Positions 20,217 through 29,243 of a stretch of 64,000 bases of DNA are shown one piece after another. The notes under the pieces were generated by a model. The model saw nothing but the letters and a program-made list of their open reading frames with translations. It ran no database searches and was not told where the DNA came from. The stretch lies in NCBI GenBank assembly GCA_965222605.1, contig OZ244960.1, positions 3,232,001 through 3,296,000 of the forward strand, written 5' to 3'. Each line of letters opens with the position of its first letter. Positions within the stretch are counted from its first letter, which is position 1. The DNA is from Candidatus Latescibacterota bacterium. GTDB taxonomy: Bacteria > Latescibacterota > UBA2968. A program made the position numbers and the translations under genes.

Positions 20217-20256
20217 CAAAAAATGGGCTTACGCCAATCCGACGTAAGCCCTTGTT
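20217..20256 (-). terminator. Terminator hairpin downstream of tRNA-Leu
   Basis: gggcttacg...cgtaagccc followed by a T-tract on the minus strand. Confidence 0.65.
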
Positions 20257-20260
20257 TGTA

Positions 20261-20347
20261 TGGTGCCGAAGGTGGGACTCGAACCCACACGGCCTTGCGG
20301 CCACTGGATTTTGAGTCCAGCGCGTCTACCAGTTCCACCACTTCGGC
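20261..20347 (-). tRNA. tRNA-Leu(CAA)
   Basis: GCCGAAG acceptor stem, GGTAGAC D-loop, CTGGA-CTCAAAA-TCCAG anticodon arm, long variable arm, GGTTCGAGTCC and encoded CCA. Confidence 0.97.
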
Positions 20348-20393
20348 ACCTGAAGTTCCGTGCTGAACAATATCCCAAACGCGGGATTGTGTG

Positions 20394-20960
20394 TCAAGGG
20401 TTTTTGAAGTGATCGCTCTCCGCGCGTGGCGGTCCGATGATTTCGTTGTAGATGATGGCTTTTCGGATGGTGTTGGGTTCAAAATCGAGTTTTATGCGTC
20501 GTTTTTTGCGTTTGGGGCGAATGCGTGTTTGGGTTTCAGATGAGCGTATAAATGGGGTTTTGCCTTCGATGTAAGACGATTGGTCAGAGACCGGGCGTTT
20601 GCCTTCAACTTCCTGAAATTCCGGTCCTGTGTCTGCTTCTGAAACGGGACGTTTGCCATGCACTTCCCGAAATTCCGGTCCTGTGTCTGATTCGGAGACG
20701 GGGCGTTTGCCCTGTACCTCCTGGAACTCTGAAGGGGGTTTGGGTTCGGGTTCAGGTTCGGGAGATCCGAAGAGCACTTCCCATTCAGACAGGTCAATCT
20801 CCTCTTCAAAGGGGTCGTCGGCACCTATATCGCGGGACGGGTGCCTGCGCTGGAGTTTGGTTTCATCGGGTTCTCTGGCCCCTCGCAGCTTTTTTATGAG
20901 CGGCGATAAAAGGCCGAAGAGGAGAAACACGATTATCGGTATAATTACTTCCAGTTCCAT
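20394..20960 (-). CDS. Membrane-anchored hypothetical protein (YqfB-like position after floA) with three 18-aa repeats
   Basis: N-terminal TM helix; EFQEVQGKRPVSESDTGP-like repeat x3; C-terminal KAIIYNEIIGPPRA. Confidence 0.75.
   Translation of the reverse strand: MELEVIIPIIVFLLFGLLSPLIKKLRGAREPDETKLQRRHPSRDIGADDPFEEEIDLSEWEVLFGSPEPEPEPKPPSEFQEVQGKRPVSESDTGPEFREVHGKRPVSEADTGPEFQEVEGKRPVSDQSSYIEGKTPFIRSSETQTRIRPKRKKRRIKLDFEPNTIRKAIIYNEIIGPPRAESDHFKNP
20584..20729. repeat. 54-bp in-frame tandem repeat (about 2.7 copies)
   Basis: gaaattccggtcctgtgtctg recurs at 54-bp spacing. Confidence 0.85.
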
Positions 20961-20990
20961 AATGTAGAGCCGTTTGTTAGGGGTTAATGA

Positions 20991-21968
20991 TTAGTTATTG
21001 TCTTCTTCTTCGGTTTCACCGGCGATGCCTTCGCGCATTTGCGTATCGGCTTCGATGTTGCGCATGCGGTAGTAGTCCATGATGCCCATGTTGCCACTGC
21101 GGAAAGCTTCGGCCATTGCGAGGGGTACTTCGGCTTCGGCTTCGACGACGCGGGCGCGCATTTCCTCAACGCGGGCGGCCATTTCTTGTTCTTGCGCGAC
21201 GGCCATTGCTCTGCGTTCTTCGGCGCGTGCCTGTGCGATGTTTTTGTCGGCTTCGGCCTGATCTGTCTGGAGTTTTGCGCCGATGTTGTCGCCCACATCG
21301 ACGTCGGCGATGTCGATGGAGAGGATTTCGTAGGCCGTGCCCGAGTCGAGGCCCTTGTCGAGTACGGTTTTGGATATCATGTCGGGATTTTCGAGTACGT
21401 CTTTGTGGGTTTCTGCGGAGCCGATGGTGGTGACGATGCCTTCACCCACGCGGGCCATGATGGTTTCTTCACCTGCGCCACCGACCAGGCGTTCTATGTT
21501 GGCGCGAACTGTGACGCGAGAGGTGGCTTTGACCTGTATGCCGTCTTTGGCAACGGCGGTGACCATGGGGGTGGAAATGACTTTGGGGTTGACGCTGACC
21601 TGTACGGCTTCGAGTACGTCGCGCCCGGCCAGGTCAATAGCTGCCGCGCGTTCGGGCGTCAGTCCTATGCCAGCTTTGTCTGCGGCGATGAGGGCATTGA
21701 CGACGTTTTCGACATGGCCGCCGGACAGATAGTGGGCTTCGAGAAATGCGGTGGAAATGTCGAGGCCCGCTTTGGTTGCGTTGATTTGCGAGCCGAGGAT
21801 GACACGCGGGGGGACGCGACGCAGGCGCATGCCGATGAGTTCGCCAATGCCGATGCGCACGCGCGCGGCAATGGCGGAGATCCAGAGGCCGACGGGGATG
21901 AAGTAGAAGAAGAGGGAGAGTCCCAGAATACCTGCAACAACAATGAGGAGGAGAAAAATGGCGTCCAT
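20991..21968 (-). CDS. floA: Flotillin-like protein FloA (YqfA)
   Basis: [42 protein letters not shown] and QTDQAEADK. Confidence 0.96.
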   Translation of the reverse strand: MDAIFLLLIVVAGILGLSLFFYFIPVGLWISAIAARVRIGIGELIGMRLRRVPPRVILGSQINATKAGLDISTAFLEAHYLSGGHVENVVNALIAADKAGIGLTPERAAAIDLAGRDVLEAVQVSVNPKVISTPMVTAVAKDGIQVKATSRVTVRANIERLVGGAGEETIMARVGEGIVTTIGSAETHKDVLENPDMISKTVLDKGLDSGTAYEILSIDIADVDVGDNIGAKLQTDQAEADKNIAQARAEERRAMAVAQEQEMAARVEEMRARVVEAEAEVPLAMAEAFRSGNMGIMDYYRMRNIEADTQMREGIAGETEEEDNN

Positions 21969-21996
21969 AAAAAAAGCTCCTTAAAATTGGTCGGAT

Positions 21997-23331
21997 TTAT
22001 GCGTCTTCGGTTTTTCGCACAATGACGCGACTGCCTTCGATTTCGATGATTGTGATGGGCGTGTCTTTGGTTAAGTATTCGCCTTCGGTCGATACGCTGA
22101 TGCGGCGACCGTCAAATACGCCGGTGCCTCCGGGGCGCAGGTCTGTAAATGCGATGCCTGAAGTACCTGAGAGGTCGCTGTAGGGTGCCGCAACATACCC
22201 CTCGGAAGCTTTTTCTTCGGTATCGAGTACCAGGCGATTCCAGATTCTGGATTTTGGGAGGGAACGCAAAATGAGAATGGCCAGGGCACCGGTGAGAATG
22301 AAAGATAAGAGCAAGGGGGTGAGTGCGGCGTTGATGTCGTTCCAGGTCCAGAGGTCATAGCGCCCCATGAGGCTTAAGAACAGGCTGGTTAAGATCAGGA
22401 TTGCCCCGGGAATGGCGAGTAGGCCAAAACCCACGACGAAGAACAGGTCGATGAGGATGAGCGCGATGCCGATAAAGAAGATGAGGATTTCAGACCAGTC
22501 GGCGAGGTTGACGAGCAGGTGGCTGCCGAAAAATAGTCCCAGGCAGATTAAGCCGATGGTGCCGCCGATGCCCCAGCCCGGGCTTTGGATTTCGAATATC
22601 AGGCCCAGAAATCCCAGGGTCATGAGTAGCGAGGCGAGGTAGGGGTGGGTGAGATAGCGCACGGCTTGTTCGGCCCAGGTGGTCGATTGGTGAATGATGT
22701 TGGCCTGTACGAGGTCGTAGTGTTTGAGTACGGCGACGAGTTTTTCCGATTCGTTTTTTTCGGCGATTTTGTGTTCGGCTATGCCGTTTTCAACGGCTTC
22801 TTCAGTGGTCAGGGTGAGTAGCTTGCCTTTGGGGGCAAGGCCCTCGACATCGACGTCTTCATCGACCATGGCTTCGGCCAATTTGGATGAGCGGCCGGTT
22901 TTTTCGGCTGTGGCTTTCATTTCGTTGCGGAAGTAAGAGATGATTTTTTCACTGGCTTTGTTGCCTTGTATATCGACGGCTGTGGCCGCGCCAATGGTGC
23001 CGCCTTCGACCATGATGATGTGGTCGGTAGATAGAGAGATGAGGGCACCGGCAGATATTGCGCGGGGGTTGATAAAGGCGATGGTTTTGACTTCGCTGTA
23101 GAGTATGGCGTCTCGGATGGTGAGCGCGGCATCGAGGGCACCGCCAGGGGTGTCGATTTCAAATATGACGGCAGCGACGCCCGCGTCTTCTGCGTCGTTC
23201 ATGACGCGCGTGACAAAAGCGGCAACGCCGCCTTCAATGGTGCCGTTGATTTTGGCGACGTGTACTTCTTCTGCCCGGGTGGGCAAACCGAGTCCCAGAA
23301 TGAGTACGAGGAGTGTGAGTACAGGTTTCAT
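21997..23331 (-). CDS. nfeD: NfeD family membrane protein (ClpP-like serine protease domain)
   Basis: IDTPGG, AISAGALI, AEAMVD, GKLLTLT, TM region and C-terminal TDLRPGG OB domain; directly upstream of floA. Confidence 0.92.
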   Translation of the reverse strand: MKPVLTLLVLILGLGLPTRAEEVHVAKINGTIEGGVAAFVTRVMNDAEDAGVAAVIFEIDTPGGALDAALTIRDAILYSEVKTIAFINPRAISAGALISLSTDHIIMVEGGTIGAATAVDIQGNKASEKIISYFRNEMKATAEKTGRSSKLAEAMVDEDVDVEGLAPKGKLLTLTTEEAVENGIAEHKIAEKNESEKLVAVLKHYDLVQANIIHQSTTWAEQAVRYLTHPYLASLLMTLGFLGLIFEIQSPGWGIGGTIGLICLGLFFGSHLLVNLADWSEILIFFIGIALILIDLFFVVGFGLLAIPGAILILTSLFLSLMGRYDLWTWNDINAALTPLLLSFILTGALAILILRSLPKSRIWNRLVLDTEEKASEGYVAAPYSDLSGTSGIAFTDLRPGGTGVFDGRRISVSTEGEYLTKDTPITIIEIEGSRVIVRKTEDA

Positions 23332-23386
23332 CGATAGGATCCTCCATAATATATTTCTATGAATACCTTATATTGAGGTGGTTGTC

Positions 23387-23442
23387 AAGTGTGAAGGGTG
23401 AAGTAGGAAGTGTCATCGCGGCATGATGTTGAGCCGCGATCC
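23387..23442. repeat. REP-like palindromic repeat, copy 3 (short)
   Basis: aagtgtgaag...gtgtcatcgcggcatg..ttgagccgcgatcc matches both ends of the 6597-6718 copy. Confidence 0.7.
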
Positions 23443-23494
23443 ACTGGGTGGTGGCAGGGTGGGGCTGACCGCTGATAGCTTGTTTTTCCAATGC

Positions 23495-23523
23495 TTGACA
23501 CTATAAGCGTTTTCCTGTATTTT
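23495..23523 (+). promoter_or_regulatory. Sigma70-type promoter of tRNA-Met
   Basis: TTGACA-17 nt-TATTTT, 19 nt upstream of the tRNA. Confidence 0.7.
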
Positions 23524-23542
23524 TCTCGCCCTGATATCATGT

Positions 23543-23615
23543 GGCGGCATAGCTCAGCTGGTAGAGCAGTGGAATCATAATCCATGGGTCGGGGGTTCGA
23601 GTCCCTCTGCCGCTA
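23543..23615 (+). tRNA. tRNA-Met(CAT), elongator type; CCA not encoded (CTA follows)
   Basis: GGCGGCA/TGCCGCT acceptor stem, AGCTCAGCTGGTAGAGC D-arm, GTGGA-ATCATAA-TCCAT anticodon arm, GGTTCGAGTCC; lacks initiator hallmarks. Confidence 0.95.
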
Positions 23616-23670
23616 CTAATAAATATAAGAAAGCCCGTCAATCGGTGGTGATCGACGGGCTTTTGTTTGT
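23612..23670. repeat. Left-end (att-like) direct repeat, copy A, with terminator-like hairpin
   Basis: 52/59 ungapped identity to 31332-31390; the last 41 nt are 40/41 identical; begins inside the tRNA 3' end (gctacta). Confidence 0.92.
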
Positions 23671-23847
23671 ACTCGAGGCGAGCAGAGGGGTATAACTACG
23701 ATAGCAGTTTATCAGCGTCCCTAAAGGGCGGTTATGAAGATGAACATTGGACTTGACAGTGCCGAAGCCGCGCTTGACGAACTATATGACTTCAGCACCT
23801 CAATCAGCACAGGGAGGAAGATGGTTTGCACCATTACCCATTCCTGA

Positions 23848-25818
23848 TTACTGAGAGGATAACGCGGTACACATTTTATACCGCCACAGGCCAATATGAG
23901 CGGTTTGCCTACTTCCAACATACCGAGGATTTCGTCCTCTCCTTTCCTGTGCTGGAAAAGACGCTGCACCTTTTACGCGGTATATTATTCGATGTAACTC
24001 TACTATTTCATTGCCAGCAGTCGCCTCACCAGCTAGATAACTTAGCTGGTCGTCATCGCCTCTCACCGCAAACACGACTCCATGGTCATTTGGCGTGGAG
24101 TCATAAAGGTTTGTCACCCTTGGATCATTCAAATATAAATCATGCATGATGAGGAATACCAAAGATTGTGATACACTCCCTATTCCCCCAGAATCACCTA
24201 ACAATATACTATCCAGATTATTATCCCCCTGCACAAATTCACCAGTTCCGCTAATCATCCGCAGATTCGCATCCTGTTGACTAAAATGACTTAAGACTTT
24301 GCCAGTGTATATAACATGTTCTCCACAAAAGAGGTCATGCACAATTTCATTGTAATTGTTTTGTGCTTTCAATTTTCTATGGAGAACCTCTGCGTGACGC
24401 CATCCGATTAAAGATGCAAATCTATGATTGGGGAAAACGCTCAGGAGTGTTTGTTTGGTGTAAATGAGACGGACATTGAATCCCCTTGTACGCTCATAGC
24501 TTTGATACTCCAACAGTCGAATGCGAGGATTCATATATTGAAATAGAGCATAACTATAAACCATAGCCTCAATGTCATCAGCAGTAAAGCGATCCCCATA
24601 ATGAGGACTTTCTGTGCCTTCAAATGCAAAATTCGATCCCCATATCGGTTTATTCAAGCTCCCGTGACAAGTCTGACAAGTTGACGGGTTAGTGATAGTG
24701 GGTGGCGTGTTGGAAAAGTCTATCACACCGGCTATCCACCGCGCATTTTCAACATCGGTTTGCAGGAATTCCACCTGCTCATTGGAAGAACTTTCGGGAT
24801 TTGTCGTCCACGTCAGAATAAAATCAGCCGTTGCCCCCCACGACACGACTCTTGGATGCGCTTTAGATATAAAGTCTTTTGCCGGACTTTTCGATTCAAA
24901 AACAGTCACAAAAAACTGCTTGTACAGTTGCGGTAACGCAGCTATGAACGCTTCCACAGACGACACACTATGCTCGGAAATATATGTTTCAACAACCGAT
25001 TGAGTCAGTATCTCTGGAAGCAAATCCGACGGAACCTGTGGCATTGGCGCATAAGTTGCAGACCGTTGCAAAGCAACAATGCTTTCATATTGGGCACGAT
25101 TTTGTGAATTTGACAGCAGATCACCAGTATCACCATACCGATTTGATGGCGTGCTGCCACCACTTCCGCCACCACTTCCGCCACCACTTCCGCCACCACT
25201 TCCGCCTGAAAATATTGGTCCCGCTGCCGGGATCACAGGGATGCCTAAAACAGGCGATGACCAGTCACTTGCTCCGCCGCCATCCGTCAGCGTGCGTACC
25301 CTCACCAAATACGCCTGTCCGTTGAGCAGTCCTGTGATGATCAGGCTGTCCAACTGACTGCTGACACGTTGAGTGCCTGCCCATTCGTCGCTATCTTCTT
25401 GTGGCGGATCGTATGGGTCCAGCCGCTTTCGATGGGCTACCTCATATCCGGTTACAGATGGCTTGCCATCCTCATCAAGCACGGCATCCCAACGCACCGT
25501 CAATTTGCTATCACCGTCTTCAACGACCACATTTGCAGGCACAGTGGTCGTTTTCTCGGAGCTCACTGTTTTGCCAAAGTCATCGACAAAGAGCAGGAAA
25601 TCAGGAATACCAATTACACCATTGCCATCGAGATCATATTTTGCATCATACAGTTCTTGACCCACCCTTGACCCAAACGCATCGACAAAGAGCAAAAAGT
25701 CGGGAATATCTACAACACCATTCCCGTTAAAGTCGGGAGATTTCACTGTTTGAGCTTCTACGGCCAATACAACAGCCGAGAAAACAACAACTAAAGTTTG
25801 CAACATGAACTTGTACAT
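23848..25818 (-). CDS. Secreted multidomain protein: dockerin-like EF-hand pair, fibronectin type III domain, (GGGS)n linker, CxxCH-containing domain
   Basis: Signal peptide; DFNGNGVVDIPDFLLFVDAFG / DLDGNGVIGIPDFLLFVDDFG; LTVRWD..VTGYEV..ITGLLNGQAYLVRV; GGGS x4; CQTCH. Confidence 0.8.
   Translation of the reverse strand: MYKFMLQTLVVVFSAVVLAVEAQTVKSPDFNGNGVVDIPDFLLFVDAFGSRVGQELYDAKYDLDGNGVIGIPDFLLFVDDFGKTVSSEKTTTVPANVVVEDGDSKLTVRWDAVLDEDGKPSVTGYEVAHRKRLDPYDPPQEDSDEWAGTQRVSSQLDSLIITGLLNGQAYLVRVRTLTDGGGASDWSSPVLGIPVIPAAGPIFSGGSGGGSGGGSGGGSGGSTPSNRYGDTGDLLSNSQNRAQYESIVALQRSATYAPMPQVPSDLLPEILTQSVVETYISEHSVSSVEAFIAALPQLYKQFFVTVFESKSPAKDFISKAHPRVVSWGATADFILTWTTNPESSSNEQVEFLQTDVENARWIAGVIDFSNTPPTITNPSTCQTCHGSLNKPIWGSNFAFEGTESPHYGDRFTADDIEAMVYSYALFQYMNPRIRLLEYQSYERTRGFNVRLIYTKQTLLSVFPNHRFASLIGWRHAEVLHRKLKAQNNYNEIVHDLFCGEHVIYTGKVLSHFSQQDANLRMISGTGEFVQGDNNLDSILLGDSGGIGSVSQSLVFLIMHDLYLNDPRVTNLYDSTPNDHGVVFAVRGDDDQLSYLAGEATAGNEIVELHRIIYRVKGAASFPAQERRGRNPRYVGSRQTAHIGLWRYKMCTALSSQ
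25157..25206. repeat. 12-bp tandem repeat (ccaccacttccg) x4 encoding the GGGS linker
   Basis: Directly visible in the sequence. Confidence 0.9.
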
Positions 25819-25919
25819 AATCTATACCTCCTGGTTTGATATGCACAGTCAGTGCGTATCGGGTTGTGGAATAAGATCAAGTCCAAAAAGTTCTGTAAAA
25901 AGGTAGCTCCGTGATATAG

Positions 25920-27625
25920 CCCGACTAATTCATGAACAGTAATGTTTTGGTGTGTATGGCCTGTGCAATCGGTTCCAATCAGCAAAATTAGTGTGCTTGC
26001 CGTCTTATCAGCCCGCTTTGGCGTCTTCATAAGGAGCAAGCCGCCCAGCATCGTCACCTGCCCGGCCTTGAGGGTGTCAAAAAGTACAGCCCCCTTGCCC
26101 GCTCTGTGTGTGGGCAGGTCGGTGTATTTGTAAAGTCAAGACGTGATGGCGTAGCCCCCTTCCCCTCCCCCGTTGACGAGTTATGGCACAGCTTTTGCCA
26201 GATTGCTCAGGATTTTATCAAAAAGGTGTGGCAATGGAAATGACATAGGCAGATGGAAGGTGATCTTGGTTTTCAACTCACAGACGCGCCCGGCGACTTT
26301 CAAAAAGCGATTTTGGATGGTATTGACCTGTGCGTTTATCCACTTTGTGCCTTGTAATCCGATGTGCGCTAAGGTGTGCAACAAGACATAGGCAGCCGAA
26401 TGGAGGAAGAGGCGGAACTGATTGGCTCCAAATGCGTGACAGGATGTGCGGTCTGAGTGGAGAAAGGTTTTGTGATTTTTAATGAAGTTTTCCATCTGTC
26501 CGCGTGCACAATAGACGCTTTGGTAGATAAAGGAGGCCTGAGAACTTTCAAGGTTGGTCACGACAAAGCGTGTGTTTTGGCCTCGGTCACTGATTTCTGC
26601 CTTGCATAAGATGCGTCTGGCAGCAGACCAAGTCTGGGCCTGGTAATAAAATGAGGTAAAAAGTCGCACGGGCTTCTCGGTCTGTGCATAAAGGCTTTTG
26701 GCCTGATCCATCAGGGGCTTTGCCAAGGTTAAGAGCCGGGTATTGGCGGTCTGTCCGAGGATAAAATAGAGGTCGTGGGTCAAACAGAAGTCTTGCACTT
26801 GTGGACAAGAAAAGTGAGCATCACCCCGCAAAAAGATCGCCACCCCTGGCCAAGCGGCACGCAGATAGACCACCAACCGCTTGAGGATGGCGACAAGCTG
26901 TGGACCGCTTGGACGCACACCCGGACGCAAAATCGTCGTGATCAGCTTACCACTTTGCCCTTCATATATATGCAAGGGCTGGTAGGCGTAGGCATTGAAA
27001 TAGCCATTGAATAAGGATAATTGCTGCGTCCCATAAACCGTATCCTGTGTATCATCGATATCTAAGATGATCGCCTTGGGCGGCTTTTCATAAGAGGCAA
27101 TAAAACCATCGACAAAGGCGCGAGCAATCCGATATAAGTCGCTTCTGCTCATCTAATTCTCAAAACGACTCATCGTGGGTTGACTGCCCAAGTGCTCACC
27201 ACTTATGGGCAAGCGATCACAGGCCGCCTTGAAACCCGGATCGCTACGTAAGGCATCGCAATCGTTGGCATCTTCATACCCGCAGGCAATCTGAAACACG
27301 CGCTGTTTGACCAACTCTGACACCGAATGAGCCACATAACTTGGATGCCGACGGTCTGTAATCGCCGCAATGATGCGGGATAGAATGCCAGATTTAGCCG
27401 CGACTTCTCGCAGCAACAAAACACCGCTATCGCTGGTGAGAATGCCCCCATCAAAGGCGATGTTGACACGTTTGCCGAAAATGCTTGCCAAAGGAACCTT
27501 GCTATGATTATCTTTTCTACTCACGGTAGTTTCCTCCAAGTTCATTGTTGAACGGTTATGTCCATAACCATATAATAATACAATAACTTGAATAAGGAAA
27601 CTACCTTTTTTATGAATTTTTCAGG
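25920..27625 (-). mobile_element. IS1380-family insertion sequence
   Basis: Imperfect terminal IRs CCCGACTAATTCATGA / CCTGAAAAATTCATAA; 4-bp target duplication ATAG at 25916-25919 and 27626-27629. Confidence 0.9.
26181..27545 (-). pseudogene. IS1380 transposase with in-frame TAG at 27153-27155
   Basis: FDGGILTSDSG, GYEDAND, SQPTMSRFEN*, LDIDDT, LRGDAHF, YCARGQMENFIK and DRTSCH. Confidence 0.9.
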
Positions 27626-27630
27626 ATAGG

Positions 27631-29063
27631 GAGGTTGTGCCTATATTAGTTGAAATAGTAGAGGCTCCGATGTAAATTGGATACAGCAAATTCAATCCCG
27701 AAAACGCTGTGTCCACAACCAAAGGAGCCCGTGATGAAAAAAGTATCGCACAACGCCCCGAAAGTCAAGACAATCCACCAGGCAGAGGCAACGCCTGAGA
27801 CACGCAGAGAAGAAGAACTGGGCGCACTGGATACCCGTATCGCATTGATCCAGGCCCTGATTCCCTTAGGATTAGACGCCGTGGCAGAAGAATTGCAGAA
27901 TGAAGTGAGTCGCTTGGCCGGGCACAAATATAGTCGCAAGGACAGTGCTAATCCCAATCGTCGGTGGGGCAGTCAACAAGGGTCTGTGTATCTGTCTGAT
28001 CAGAAAGTGCCCCTATCCGTGCCGAGGGTGCGTAATGTCCTTACGGATGAGGAAGTCTCTCTTTTGACCTATCATCATCTTCAGCGTCCCCAAAAGATGG
28101 ATGATGGGTTGCTGCTTCGCATGATCAAAGGGATTGCCACACGCTCATATAAAGACTGTGCCGAAGCGGTCCCAGAAGCCTTTGGACTCTCCTCTTCCAC
28201 GGTATCGAGACGTTTTATCAAGGCGTCGGCAGAAAAATTGAGACAGTTTCATGAACGCTCTTTAGCTGATTATGACCTGGTGGCCTTATTTATAGATGGG
28301 AAGACCTTTGCAGATGAGCAGATGATTATTGCTCTTGGTGTGACCATAGAGGGACACAAAATCCCATTGGGCTTTATTTAGGCTGCCAGCGAGAACGAGC
28401 GCGTCTGTCGTCAGTTTATCCAGTCGCTCATAAAACGTCACTTGTCCTATCACAAGGGCTTACTCTGCTTGATTGATGGCTCGAAAGGCTTGTATGGGGC
28501 CGTCAAAAAAGCATTGGATGGTTATGTGGCTATCCAACGCTGCCAATGGCACAAGAGGGAAAATGTGGTTGCCTATCTGCCTAAAGGCGCACAAGAAGAC
28601 GTGAAAAAAGCCCTGCAACAGGCTTACGATCTGCCCACCTACAAAGAAGCCAAAGCGGCCCTTCAGGCTCTGAAGCCCTCACTCTGTTTGATGAATGAAT
28701 CAGCACTAAACAGCCTTGAAGAAGGAATAGATGAAACTCTGACCCTCCATCGCTTGGGACTCATGCCGCACTTGAAACAGTCCTTTCGCACCACCAATTG
28801 CATTGAGTCCCTCAACTCAATGGTGGCACAACTGACCAGAAATGTGAAGCGATGGACAAACTCTAATCAACGCTCGCGCTGGTTAGCCACCGCACTGTTG
28901 GATATTGAACCCCGCCTGCGAAGGATCAAAGGCTTCCGTTGCCTTCCCAGGCTCAGGCTCGCGCTTCAAAAGGACTTGAAGATAGATACGGACTGGCAAG
29001 ACGCGCTTGCTGCTGATTGAAACCACCGGCCTCGATTATTTCAACTAAAAATAGCACTTGACC
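27631..29063 (+). mobile_element. IS256-family insertion sequence (element B)
   Basis: IRs GAGGTTGTGCCTATATTAGTTGAAATAGTAGAGGC / GGTCAAGTGCTATTTTTAGTTGAAATAATCGAGGC; 8-bp TSD GATATAGG, right copy at 29064-29071 and left copy split by IS1380. Confidence 0.88.
27677..29020 (+). pseudogene. IS256 transposase with in-frame TAG at 28379-28381
   Basis: VPRVR, GIATR, SSSTVSR, FIDG, IDGSKGL, QRCQWHK and TTNCIESLN; both track ORFs are in the same frame. Confidence 0.9.
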
Positions 29064-29073
29064 GATATAGGGG

Positions 29074-29243
29074 TCAGAGATTTTGTTTCAAATCTGTCAT
29101 GTCCAGATAGCGTCTGCCTGTGATCCACTCTTCAGACCATTCCATACACAACGCGCCGATCAGACGTTCACAAGCCTCTTCATTGGGGAAGATCTGCACC
29201 ACATCAGCCCGTCTTTTGATCTCTCGGTTGAGTCGTTCTAAAA
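29074..29243 (-). pseudogene. C-terminal fragment of a second IS256 transposase (element A); its IR lies at about 25875-25901
   Basis: LERLNREIKRRADVVQIFPNEEACERLIGA...W...RRYLDM; IS256-like end ttttacagaactttttggacttga on the minus strand becomes adjacent once the nested ISs are removed. Confidence 0.8.

Noticed and set aside
15290-20347. R-M operon as part of an island integrated at tRNA-Leu
   Set aside because: No duplicate of the tRNA-Leu 3' end and no integrase found; a host-like oxidoreductase gene lies between them.
20111-20482. ORFs overlapping the tRNA genes (also 23385-23585)
   Set aside because: They are translations of tRNA and terminator sequence.
23747-23757. ttggacttgac resembling an inverted IS256 end that would bracket the dockerin gene as a composite transposon
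   Set aside because: Only 10 nt match the IR near 25875; no transposase remnant or target duplication supports it.
26181-29020. In-frame TAG in two transposases (and tcmP) as evidence of amber recoding or pyrrolysine
   Set aside because: TAG ends many normal genes here (dsbD, the MocA-like gene, groES, ribE); single nonsense mutations in decaying elements are simpler.
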